A stretch of 51,395 bases of DNA from Minisyncoccota bacterium (lineage in GTDB: Bacteria; Patescibacteriota; Minisyncoccia; Phycocordibacterales; UBA12079). This document shows positions 19,375-28,461 of the stretch, in pieces (position 1 is the first letter of the stretch; each line of letters starts with the position of its first letter). A program made the translations under genes and the position numbers. A model generated the notes under the pieces. That model did no database searches and had not been told where the DNA came from. It was given only the letters and a program-made list of their open reading frames with translations. The stretch covers positions 1-51,395 of the forward strand of contig JAGMBS010000005.1 of assembly GCA_023129575.1 (NCBI GenBank). The letters are read 5' to 3'.

Positions 19375-19815
19375 ATGGCAAAATCAGAAAAAAGAAAAAT
19401 TGGCGATATTGGAGAAAATATTGCCTGCCGTTTTCTTGAAAAGAGGGGATTCAAAATAATAGATAGGAATTATTTGAAGAAATGGGGCGAGATTGATATT
19501 GTCGCGCGGAAAAAACAGGGTCTGAAAGATAAAATTTTGAAACGGCCGACGGATAACAAAATTTATTTTGTAGAAGTTAAAACCGTTTCATGCGAAAATA
19601 TTCGAGGCGGAATTACGGCTAAAATGAGAAATTATCAGGTGGATAATAATGTGCATCCTTGGAAATTGCAAAGATTAGCGAGGGTTTTTCAAACATATTT
19701 ATTAGATAAGCGAATTTCAGACGAAACGGAGTGGCGATTTGATATTATAATTGCCTTTTTGGATATAAAGGACAAAATTTCAAGAATAAAATATCTAAAG
19801 GACATAATAATATAA
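19375..19815 (+). CDS. yraN: YraN (UPF0102) family endonuclease-like protein
   Basis: GDIGENIACRFLEKRGFKIIDRNY..KWGEIDIVA..FVEVK; contains degenerate parS-like sites at 19584 and 19713. Confidence 0.9.
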   Translation: MAKSEKRKIGDIGENIACRFLEKRGFKIIDRNYLKKWGEIDIVARKKQGLKDKILKRPTDNKIYFVEVKTVSCENIRGGITAKMRNYQVDNNVHPWKLQRLARVFQTYLLDKRISDETEWRFDIIIAFLDIKDKISRIKYLKDIII

Positions 19816-19821
19816 AAGACA
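19764..19821. promoter_or_regulatory. Second cluster of TATAAARGACA motifs at the yraN 3' end
   Basis: 19764 tataaaggaca, 19795 ctaaaggaca, 19811 tataaaagaca. Confidence 0.6.
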
Positions 19822-20066
19822 AAATATTGGTTTTGTTTTAAATTTAAGTTTTGTTTAAGAATGGATTTTTAAAAAACTGTTTATTTTCTTTTTAATTAAT
19901 TTATAAAGAGTTTGGTTGTTACTTATTTTATGATTTAGGGTAAGACCAAAGTATTTTGTTAGAAAATTTAGCAAAGATATTTGTTTTTGAATTTAAAAAA
20001 ATTACTGGAAAAAGTGTTTATTTCTCACGGTTTATTGATTGGGCAAATTGCAATTAAGGTTATTTT

Positions 20067-20891
20067 TTAAAATCTAGTAATATCTACTGATAACCACAAA
20101 TGATCGGATTCAAAACTTCCGCTTTTTGTATTTGTTATTTTTGTATTTTTAGACACAAAAATGTGATCTAGTATTTTCATTTTAGGAAAACCCAAAATCT
20201 GACAAGTTGGGCAGGTTTTTGTTTTGTTGTTTACTGATTTTAATCCTAATATTTTAAACCTTTTTATAGAATTAATGTTTTCTTCTGTTGCATTAAAATC
20301 TCCTGCAACAATAACCTCGTTTCCTGCTTTTCTTTCTTTTTTAATTATTTCTGCGATTTCTAATATTTGTTGTTTCCAAAGATTTGGATAACAACTGCTT
20401 AGATGTAGCCCTATAATAATTATAGGTGAATTGTTTATTTTTAAACCGGCGGTTCCTCCTCCCGAACCGGCTCTATTTATTTGCGTTAAAGGTTTTATTT
20501 TAGTATCAGTAGCTTTGAGTTTAGAGGCTGCTAAAGTGCAAACAGTTGCATCATTATGATGGGCGGATTTTCCCCAAGCAAAGGAGTTAAAACCTTCTAA
20601 TTTTAGTTTTTTCTCGATTTCTTCTTTGTGAGTTTGAAAAATTAATTCATTCAAAATAATGATATTAGGATGTTGTTTTTTTATTACATTTAAAATAGTT
20701 TTTAAATTACTGTTTTTAGAAATAAATTTTAGTCGTTTGGGGTTGTCCCTAAGTTTTATATATTTTCCTATAATGGGAAGAAAAGGGAATATCCAGCCGT
20801 GAATACCAAAATGCCCGTACAAATTCCACCAAATAGAGTTCATTTTAGGTAATCCAAAAGATGTATTGGCAGTGAGTATTCTAACTCTCAT
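20067..20891 (-). CDS. Endonuclease/exonuclease/phosphatase family protein
   Basis: ILTAN, IIILNE, HLS, VAGDFN, LDHIF, SDHL. Confidence 0.9.
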   Translation of the reverse strand: MRVRILTANTSFGLPKMNSIWWNLYGHFGIHGWIFPFLPIIGKYIKLRDNPKRLKFISKNSNLKTILNVIKKQHPNIIILNELIFQTHKEEIEKKLKLEGFNSFAWGKSAHHNDATVCTLAASKLKATDTKIKPLTQINRAGSGGGTAGLKINNSPIIIIGLHLSSCYPNLWKQQILEIAEIIKKERKAGNEVIVAGDFNATEENINSIKRFKILGLKSVNNKTKTCPTCQILGFPKMKILDHIFVSKNTKITNTKSGSFESDHLWLSVDITRF

Positions 20892-20940
20892 TATGTTAAT
20901 AATATAATATTATTTAAAATAAAAAAGGATGTTTTTAATG

Positions 20941-21013
20941 TCGGGGTGCCGGGATTCGAACCCGGAGTCGCTCGCTCCCAAAGCGAGAATGTTAGCCGTT
21001 ACACCACACCCCG
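20941..21013 (-). tRNA. tRNA-Pro(UGG)
   Basis: Reverse complement CGGGGTG...CTCGC-TTTGGGA-GCGAG...GGTTCGAATCC...CACCCCGA. Confidence 0.95.
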
Positions 21014-21195
21014 TTTTTTTTGTCTCAAACAATATACCATATTTGACCCAGTTTTGGAATTGGACTTTATAATTAAATATCCTCCTATGCTAAAGCTGCG
21101 GAGGATTATTTTTTGATTTGACAATTAAGTTGCCAAATCAAAAAATAAAAAAACCGGGCTGTGTCTCAAGACAGCCCGGGTTTTGAGATTATTCA

Positions 21196-21441
21196 TTACT
21201 CAACATGAATAATTTCGTATTTTTTCGGAAGGGGTGACAGAGGCAAATTGTCTCCGTTTGCCTTTGTTACTCTAACGATAGTGTTTTGCGACATCGATTT
21301 ATAGACAATCGGTATCGTGGCCCATTTATGGGCCAACAGAATAAAAAACAATAAAAAAGTAACAAGAAAAACAAAAATTATTATAAATCCCATGGCCTTG
21401 TTTTCTTTATGGACAGTTTGCCCACAATATATTTTTTCCAT
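21196..21441 (-). CDS. Small single-TM hypothetical protein
   Basis: SD AAGGAGGG before ATG 21441; own TTGACA promoter at about 21553 and terminator at 21150-21184. Confidence 0.7.
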   Translation of the reverse strand: MEKIYCGQTVHKENKAMGFIIIFVFLVTFLLFFILLAHKWATIPIVYKSMSQNTIVRVTKANGDNLPLSPLPKKYEIIHVE

Positions 21442-21678
21442 TTTTCCCTCCTTCAAAATTTTTTAAGTTTTGAATAACTCAACGGGTTGAGTTATTCAGT
21501 TTTTGGTAAGAACATCTGCCCATAATGATAACATTAAAATATAATTTGTCAACCCTGTTAAAAAATTAGTATTTAACAGGGTCAAGATACTAAAAATAGT
21601 GGCGCTTGTGATAGAAGGAAAGACAGTGTAAAATGAAAAAATCAAAAGTTTATTAAATAAAATTAACCAAAAATTATT

Positions 21679-22734
21679 ATGTTCAATCAATTATCGCAAG
21701 CGGACTGGAATGTCACTTTTTTAGGCAACAGCGTTTTGGATTATTTAATCGCGCTGGGGTTGTTTGCGGCCTTTTGCGTCGTTTTTCGCATTTTTCAAAA
21801 AATCATCTTGAAGCGTTTGGAAAAATTGGCGGGCAAGACCGAAACCGAGATTGACGATATTTTGATTGAAGCGGTTCGCAGTTTAACTCCGCCGTTTTAT
21901 TATTTTGTTTCTCTTTATCTTGTTTTGCCGTTTTTGGTAATTTCAGCGGGAGTTTTGGGTTTTATAAAAGGAGTGCTGGTTATTTTAATTATGTACCAAA
22001 TAATTAAATCCCTGCAAATAGTGATTGACTATATTTTTGAAAAATTGGCCGGCAAAAAAGAGGACGCGGGAACAAAATTGGCTTTTGCGTATTTGGGCAA
22101 ATTTGTAAAAATCGCGGTTTGGGTGCTGGGTATTTTATTGGTTTTGTCCAATTTGGGCGTGAATGTCAATTCACTTTTGGCGGGCTTGGGGATTGGCGGG
22201 GTCGCCTTCGCCTTTGCCTTCAAAAATATTTTAGGGGATTTATTTAGTTCCTTCGTGATATTTTTTGACAAGCCGTTTCTGCCCGGGGACTTTATTATGA
22301 TGGGGGACATAAAAGGAACAGTGCAAAAAATTGGAATTAAGACAACTCGTTTGCGCGCGCGCACGGGCGAGGAAATTATCGTGGCGAATCAGGCCCTGAC
22401 CTCGGCAAAATTATTTAATTATAAAAATATAGAAGAAAGAAAAGCCACTTTTTCGTTTGGGGTGACTTATGAAACCGCGACGGAGAAATTAAAAGAAATT
22501 CCTCAAATGGTGGCCGAGATTATTTCCGGGATGGAAAAAACGCGGTTTGAAAGGGCGCATTTTAACCGTTTTGACGATTCGGCTTTAAATTTTGATGTTC
22601 TTTATTTTATGACCGTGCGAGATTACGCGAAATATCTGGACACACAACAGGCGATAAATCTGAAAATTTTAGAAAAATTTGAGAAAGAGGGGATTGAGAT
22701 GGCTTATCCAACCAGAACTGTTTATTCTAAATAG
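21679..22734 (+). CDS. mscS: MscS family mechanosensitive channel
   Basis: LLAGLGIGGVAFAFAFKNILGDLFSS, DKPF.PGDFI, GTVQKIGIKTTRLR, GIEMAYPT. Confidence 0.95.
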   Translation: MFNQLSQADWNVTFLGNSVLDYLIALGLFAAFCVVFRIFQKIILKRLEKLAGKTETEIDDILIEAVRSLTPPFYYFVSLYLVLPFLVISAGVLGFIKGVLVILIMYQIIKSLQIVIDYIFEKLAGKKEDAGTKLAFAYLGKFVKIAVWVLGILLVLSNLGVNVNSLLAGLGIGGVAFAFAFKNILGDLFSSFVIFFDKPFLPGDFIMMGDIKGTVQKIGIKTTRLRARTGEEIIVANQALTSAKLFNYKNIEERKATFSFGVTYETATEKLKEIPQMVAEIISGMEKTRFERAHFNRFDDSALNFDVLYFMTVRDYAKYLDTQQAINLKILEKFEKEGIEMAYPTRTVYSK

Positions 22735-22807
22735 TAGATACTTGGAGACCCATTCTCCAAGTTCCCAAATGAATTAAGCGTAAGGATGATAAAATCAGGG
22801 AAAATTT

Positions 22808-23785
22808 GTGATAAAAAATAACAAACAAAATTTAATAATTTACCAAACAAAAAGCGGAGAAATAAAATTCCGCGGGGATTTTGATCGTGATACGGTTTGG
22901 GGAAGTTTAAATCAAATTGCTGAGCTTTTTGATATTGATAAATCAGGTGTTTCAAGACATATAAAAAATATTTTCAAATCCGGGGAATTGAATGAAAATT
23001 CAACTGTTGCAAAAATTGCAACAGTTCAAAAAGAAGGAGATAAAAAAGTTAAGCGAGATATTGAATACTTTAATTTAGATGTTATCTTGTCGGTCGGTTA
23101 TCGTGTAGATTCAAAACAAGCAACCCAATTTCGCATTTGGGCGACCAAAACTCTCAAAAAGCATCTCGTAGACGGCTACACCATCAACAAAAAACGAATT
23201 GGCGCCAATTATCAAAAATTTCTGAAAGCTGTGGCGGATGTTAAGGCGCTTTTGCCTGCCGGGAACCGATTAGATACAAAAGATGTTTTAGAATTGATAA
23301 ACTCTTTCGCCGAAACTTGGTTTTCATTGGATGCTTACGATATGGAAAAATTTCCCAAAGATAAAATCACAAAAAAGCAAATTTCTTTTACGGCGGAGGA
23401 ACTTTCTCAAGCGCTCTTGAAATTTAAACAAGAACTTACAGTCAAAAAACAGGCGACAGAGATTTTTGGTCAAGAAAGAAATAAAAATTCAGTAGAGGGA
23501 ATTGTGGGGAATGTGTTTCAATCCTTCGCCAAAAAAGATTTATATCCAAATACGGAAGACAAGGCCTCGCACCTGCTGTATTTTATGGTCAAAAATCACC
23601 CCTTTGTGGATGGCAATAAAAGAAGCGGCGCTTTCGCTTTTGTGTGGTTTTTGCGCAAATCCGGTGTTTTGCGCGCCAGTTTAACACCGGAAGCTCTTAC
23701 AGCTTTGACTTTATTAGTCGCTGAAAGTAACCCAAAAGACAAAGACAAAATCACAAAATTGATTATTTTGTTGTTGAAAAAATAA
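22808..23785 (+). CDS. RhuM-like N-terminus + Fic/Doc domain protein
   Basis: FNLDVILSVGYRVDSKQATQFRIWAT; HPFVDGNKRSG. Confidence 0.92.
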   Translation: MIKNNKQNLIIYQTKSGEIKFRGDFDRDTVWGSLNQIAELFDIDKSGVSRHIKNIFKSGELNENSTVAKIATVQKEGDKKVKRDIEYFNLDVILSVGYRVDSKQATQFRIWATKTLKKHLVDGYTINKKRIGANYQKFLKAVADVKALLPAGNRLDTKDVLELINSFAETWFSLDAYDMEKFPKDKITKKQISFTAEELSQALLKFKQELTVKKQATEIFGQERNKNSVEGIVGNVFQSFAKKDLYPNTEDKASHLLYFMVKNHPFVDGNKRSGAFAFVWFLRKSGVLRASLTPEALTALTLLVAESNPKDKDKITKLIILLLKK

Positions 23786-23836
23786 TTGGTTTGGCGTTTG
23801 AAAACAAGACGGTTTTTTGTTAAACTATTTTGAAAC

Positions 23837-23907
23837 GCGGGTATAGTTTAGTGGTATGACGCATCCTTGCCAAGGATGAGACGGGGTTTCGATTACCCCT
23901 ACCCGCA
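23837..23907 (+). tRNA. tRNA-Gly(GCC)
   Basis: Acceptor GCGGGTA/TACCCGC; anticodon arm CATCC-TTGCCAA-GGATG. Confidence 0.93.
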
Positions 23908-23936
23908 CAATTTTACTATATTTAAAATAAATAATT

Positions 23937-25547
23937 ATGGCTTCCAAATACTTATCGTCTCTTTCTAAAAAAGAATATCAGGATTTAACTGAAAAATTAT
24001 TAAGAATTCAAAATAATAAGTGTTTTATCTGTTGTAAAATCATTGATTCAGAAATTCAAGATACAAACATAGATCACATTGTTCCATTGGCAAATAGAGG
24101 TAAGGACTCAGAAGAAAATTTTGCAGTTACCCACGAAAGTTGTAATAAATCAAAACAGGATGCTAATTTAAAAATTGCAAGAATTTTACATAAACTTAAA
24201 GAAATTCAACAACAGGTTCGTGAAACGGAAAATAAATCTGCTTCTTTGAAACATGTACTCCAAAAATATGGTGGCTCAAAATATAATTTTAAATTTAAAG
24301 AAAACGGCAATTTAATTGAATACAGTTTTTCCGAAATAAATGATAATAATATTTACAAAACTGTAATTTTTACCGATCATCTCTCAAAAGAAAAATCTTG
24401 TTTTCTTGAAGTGCCATTGGAATATATTTATCATGATGAAATTATCAACCCAAGAGGTATCAACAGCAGTATAAGTAAACTCATTAAGGAATTTGATAAA
24501 GGAAATCCGCAACTTCATTTGGGTCTTGCAAGAATAGATAAAGGTCAACTAAAAATATTTGACGGGCAACACAAAACTGTTGCGCAAATTTTGTTAGGAA
24601 ATAAAAAATTAGTCATCAGAATGTTTATTCAGCCAGATATTGACAGATTAACTGAAACAAACACAAACGCAGGGAGCATTTTACGACAGATTGCATTTGA
24701 TAAATCTATAATGCGTCAATTAAATAATACACTTTATTCTGAACGAGTTAAAAAATATCAAGAAGATTTTAATTTAGATTCAGACAATTTTTCATTTTCC
24801 GAACAACAACTTATAGAACACTTTAGAGGAGAAAGTGCAAATATAAAAAAATACATCATTGACAGTATCAAACATGCAATTACAAATGAAAAAGAGAATA
24901 AATTAAAAGATTACATTGATTTTGAAGGTAGAGCAAAAGAATTACCTATTTCTTATAGTGCTTATGATAAAACAGTGCTTGCTAATTTTATTAATTCTAA
25001 ACTTATTTTAAAAACCCCAATTAATCATAAATCAGACGAGGGGTTAAATCCAAGAGAATTAGAAATAAAACAGATAGTTGAATTATTAAATATAATTGCA
25101 GAAGAAATATATATAAATAAATTCCAACCAGAAATTGGTGTATCTCGTATTGAAAACAAAATCATTAATCATAAAGATGCCGATATCACAGATAACCATC
25201 TTGTTGCTTATAGAATAAGCAGGGAAGAAATATTATTTAATTGGCTTATTTACTTAAAAGAGGTAATTAAAGTGTATTTTACGAATACTGGAAAAATATT
25301 TGATGAAAAAAAGGTCTTTCAATATCAGTTTGATGAACAACTTTGGAAAAATATTCGCAACTTTATTAAAAACTTAAAAGAATTACCTCTCTGGAAAGAT
25401 AAAAGTATGGCAAGTACGGTTTTTGCTGGGAAAAATAATTATGAATATTGGAAAACCGTTTTTGCAACAGGTAAAAGTCCTGATGGAGTAGATATATTGA
25501 CCAAACCCTTAAATTTTATTGAAATGATTAACGATCATAATGAATAA
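23937..25547 (+). CDS. HNH endonuclease fused to a DGQH(R/K) ParB/Srx-like domain; putative defence protein
   Basis: CFIC...IDHIVPLANRG...ENF...HESCNKSK; IFDGQHK; visibly AT-richer than the backbone. Confidence 0.8.
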   Translation: MASKYLSSLSKKEYQDLTEKLLRIQNNKCFICCKIIDSEIQDTNIDHIVPLANRGKDSEENFAVTHESCNKSKQDANLKIARILHKLKEIQQQVRETENKSASLKHVLQKYGGSKYNFKFKENGNLIEYSFSEINDNNIYKTVIFTDHLSKEKSCFLEVPLEYIYHDEIINPRGINSSISKLIKEFDKGNPQLHLGLARIDKGQLKIFDGQHKTVAQILLGNKKLVIRMFIQPDIDRLTETNTNAGSILRQIAFDKSIMRQLNNTLYSERVKKYQEDFNLDSDNFSFSEQQLIEHFRGESANIKKYIIDSIKHAITNEKENKLKDYIDFEGRAKELPISYSAYDKTVLANFINSKLILKTPINHKSDEGLNPRELEIKQIVELLNIIAEEIYINKFQPEIGVSRIENKIINHKDADITDNHLVAYRISREEILFNWLIYLKEVIKVYFTNTGKIFDEKKVFQYQFDEQLWKNIRNFIKNLKELPLWKDKSMASTVFAGKNNYEYWKTVFATGKSPDGVDILTKPLNFIEMINDHNE

Positions 25548-25599
25548 TCAAAAAAAAACGATTTTTGCATCCCCGTCTTGCTCGTGTTAATATGAAGGT

Positions 25600-25872
25600 A
25601 TGAAAAAGGAATTATTAAATTATAGAATTATTGTCAGCCCTGATATTCAAACGGGGACTGGGAAAAAAGGTTTCACGGCGCTGTGCCCTACTTTGGGGGT
25701 GGCTGATGATGGAGACACTATCGAAGAAGCATTAACAAATGTTAAAGGAGCTATCAATGCTTATGTTAAAAGTTTGGCTGAGGATAAAGAAATAATTCCA
25801 ACAGATAATCCTGTAAAAGATTTTATAACTACAACCCAAGTTGAAATTTCTAATTCTTTGCAAATTGCTTAA
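25600..25872 (+). CDS. hicB: HicB family antitoxin
   Basis: FTALCPTLGVADDGDTIEEALTNVKGAI. Confidence 0.9.
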   Translation: MKKELLNYRIIVSPDIQTGTGKKGFTALCPTLGVADDGDTIEEALTNVKGAINAYVKSLAEDKEIIPTDNPVKDFITTTQVEISNSLQIA

Positions 25873-25878
25873 AATATA

Positions 25879-26100
25879 ATGAGTGGATTTCCAGAAATAA
25901 AACCAAAAAAGATTATAAAAATACTTTTATCTTTTGGTTTTGTGGAAAGAGAGGGTAAGGGTAGTCATATTGTTTTCAATCATTCCGATGGGAGGAGAAC
26001 AGTTGTACCAAACCACAAACGCCCTTTACAAATAGGAACCATATCAGCAATTTTGCGACAAGCCGAGATTTCTAAGAAAGAATTTTTGGATCTATTGTAA
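25879..26100 (+). CDS. hicA: HicA family toxin
   Basis: GF..REGKGSH....HSDGRRTVVPNH..LQIGTISAILRQA. Confidence 0.92.
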   Translation: MSGFPEIKPKKIIKILLSFGFVEREGKGSHIVFNHSDGRRTVVPNHKRPLQIGTISAILRQAEISKKEFLDLL

Positions 26101-26124
26101 AATCAAAGGATATTAACTAACAAA

Positions 26125-26163
26125 AACCGCCGAGTTTTCCGTAGGAAAACTCGGCGGTTTTTT
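26125..26163. terminator. Bidirectional terminator between hicA and hup
   Basis: aaccgccgagttttcc-gta-ggaaaactcggcggtt with A/T tails. Confidence 0.8.
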
Positions 26164-26197
26164 AGTTTTTACCCAACTGTTTTAGAATGTTAAGCGA

Positions 26198-26476
26198 TTA
26201 ACCTTGTTTAACAGTGTCTTTAAGGGTTTTGGAAGCCCTGAATTTTGGCACTCTCATTGCCGGCACATCAATTGATTCGCCGGTGCGAGGGTTGCGAGCT
26301 TTTCTCGCCGCCCTCATTTTAGCGGAGAAAATACCAAAACCCGCCACGGAAACATCTTCGCCTTTTTTAAGAGTATCAATGATAGAGTCAAAAATGACAT
26401 CGACTACTTTTTCGGCTTCAACTTTTGTGCTGCCCAAAACGGTATGCACTTGTTCCACAATTGCTTGTTTGTTCAT
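26198..26476 (-). CDS. hup: DNA-binding protein HU
   Basis: MNKQ..V, GFGIF, RAARKARNPRTGE, PKFRASK. Confidence 0.97.
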   Translation of the reverse strand: MNKQAIVEQVHTVLGSTKVEAEKVVDVIFDSIIDTLKKGEDVSVAGFGIFSAKMRAARKARNPRTGESIDVPAMRVPKFRASKTLKDTVKQG

Positions 26477-26570
26477 AAAAATAATTATTGATTAAATTTT
26501 ATAAATTTATAAAACGACCTTTATAAATGCTAATAAATACAAATACATTATATATCACACTATTTTTAAC

Positions 26571-26630
26571 GCAAGCCCCGTTAGAGATAAGAAACCAAAG
26601 GTTTCTGTCATCTCTAACGGGGCAAGCCCC
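26571..26630. repeat. 51-bp element, copy 2
   Basis: gcaagcccc direct repeats at 26571 and 26622 flank cccgttagagat...atctctaacggg. Confidence 0.8.
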
Positions 26631-26634
26631 ATCG

Positions 26635-28164
26635 TTATCGTGCGTATTCAATCGCGCGGGATTCTCGGATAACATTTACTTTGATTTCCCCCGGGTATTT
26701 GAGATCTTTTTCTATTTTGAGCGCGATGTCGCGCGCCAATTTTTTGGCTTCCAAATCAGAAATACGCTCCGGTTGGACCAAAATTCTTATCTCCCGGCCG
26801 GCTTGGACGGCGTAGGTCTTATCAACTCCCTCAAAAGCGTTGGCGATTTCTTCCAGTTCTTTTAGCCGTTTGAGGTAATTTTCAACGGTATCTCGGCGGG
26901 CGCCCGGGCGGCTGCCGGAAATCGCGTCCGCCACTTGAACAATGACCGACTCCACCGTTTCGTAAGGATATTCTTCATGGTGCGCTTGCATCGCCTTGAT
27001 GATTTTTTCATCGGCGCCGAATTTTTGCAAAATTCGGCGGCCAATTTCAACATGGGTGCCTTGGATTTCGTGATCCACAGCTTTGCCGATGTCATGCAAA
27101 AGCGCGCCGGCTTTTGCCACCGCCACATCGGCGCCCAGTTCTTCCGCCATCATTCCGGCGATATGGGACATCTCAATGGAATGCTGCAAGACATTTTGCC
27201 CGTAACTGGTTCGAAAATACAGCCGTCCCAGAATGGAGACGATGCGAGGGTCAAGATTTAATATCCCACACTCATAAACGGCTTGCTCACCTTTTTTCTT
27301 GATGGTTTTATTAATTTCCGTTTTGGCTTTTTCCACAAATTCCTCAATGCGGGTCGGTTGAATGCGCCCGTCAATAATCAAATTTTCCAAAGCGACTCGG
27401 GCGATTTGCCGGCGGATAGGGTCAAAAGAGGAAATGGTAATAGCTCCCGGAGTATCATCCACAATCACTTCCGTTCCGGAAGTTCTTTCAAAAGCGCGAA
27501 TGTTTTTGCCTTCTTTCCCGATGATTTTCCCTTTAATATCGTCCGAGGGGATATTAACCACAGTTGAGAGAACATCGCTCGCTACGGAATTGCCCATTCG
27601 GTGAATAGCGGTGATTAAAATATCTTGCGCTTTTTTCTCCAATTTTTCCTCGCCGCTTTGTTCCAGTTTTTGCATTCTGACAGCCAAATCTTCCGTATGA
27701 TTTTTTTCCATGGTTTGGAGAAGTTTTTCCAAGGCCTCTTCCTCGTTAAGTTTGGCTGTTTTTTCCAAAGTTTTTTGTTCTTGTTCTTTCAATTTTTCCA
27801 CTTCATTTCGGACTTGTTCAACTTTACCGATTTTATCCTCAAGTTTTTTCGTTTCGCCGCCTATTTCCAATTGCCGTTTGTCCAAAAAATCCTCTTTTTT
27901 AATCAATCGTTCTTCCTTTTGACCGGCCTGTTTTTCTTTTTCTTTTTTCTCTTTTTCCGCTTCTTGGATAATCGTGGACGCTTTATTTCCGGCTTTTGAA
28001 ATAATGGTTTCGGCGTTCTTTTGCGCGTCCAAAATCATTTTTTTCACTTTTAATTCAATGGAACCCTTTTTCCCGAAGGTAAGGGCCCATCTTAAAAAAT
28101 ATCCAAAAGCTATTCCTCCCAAGCAAAATACGCCCAAGAGAAACGCGACAGTTTGCAGAGACAT
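26635..28164 (-). CDS. rny: Ribonuclease Y
   Basis: N-terminal TM, coiled coil, KH (KGKIIGKEGKNIR), RTSYGQN, LLHDIGK. Confidence 0.97.
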   Translation of the reverse strand: MSLQTVAFLLGVFCLGGIAFGYFLRWALTFGKKGSIELKVKKMILDAQKNAETIISKAGNKASTIIQEAEKEKKEKEKQAGQKEERLIKKEDFLDKRQLEIGGETKKLEDKIGKVEQVRNEVEKLKEQEQKTLEKTAKLNEEEALEKLLQTMEKNHTEDLAVRMQKLEQSGEEKLEKKAQDILITAIHRMGNSVASDVLSTVVNIPSDDIKGKIIGKEGKNIRAFERTSGTEVIVDDTPGAITISSFDPIRRQIARVALENLIIDGRIQPTRIEEFVEKAKTEINKTIKKKGEQAVYECGILNLDPRIVSILGRLYFRTSYGQNVLQHSIEMSHIAGMMAEELGADVAVAKAGALLHDIGKAVDHEIQGTHVEIGRRILQKFGADEKIIKAMQAHHEEYPYETVESVIVQVADAISGSRPGARRDTVENYLKRLKELEEIANAFEGVDKTYAVQAGREIRILVQPERISDLEAKKLARDIALKIEKDLKYPGEIKVNVIRESRAIEYAR

Positions 28165-28409
28165 ATTATTAAAATCCTATCTTTATATAGATTTGAAAGA
28201 AAATATATGCGATTTTAGCCCCAGATTAAGTTTAATATCCATAAATTTCATCTACTTCAGACGGATTTGGTGTTAATTCTAAATTTCCGTTTCATTCTAA
28301 CTTATTTTGCGATGAAAGTCCAATAAAACGGAATTAAGAATTATGATTTAAGAAAAAGACGGATTTTGGCTCCGCCAAAATCCGCCCAAAATATGTTTTT
28401 TGGGGTTAT

Positions 28410-28453
28410 TCACACAAATTGGCGGTAGATTTTATGTGAATAGTGGTATAATT
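28410..28453 (+). repeat. Promoter-containing 44-bp direct repeat, upstream of murI
   Basis: 40/44 identical to 29292-29335. Confidence 0.8.
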
Positions 28454-28461
28454 ATCGAAAT

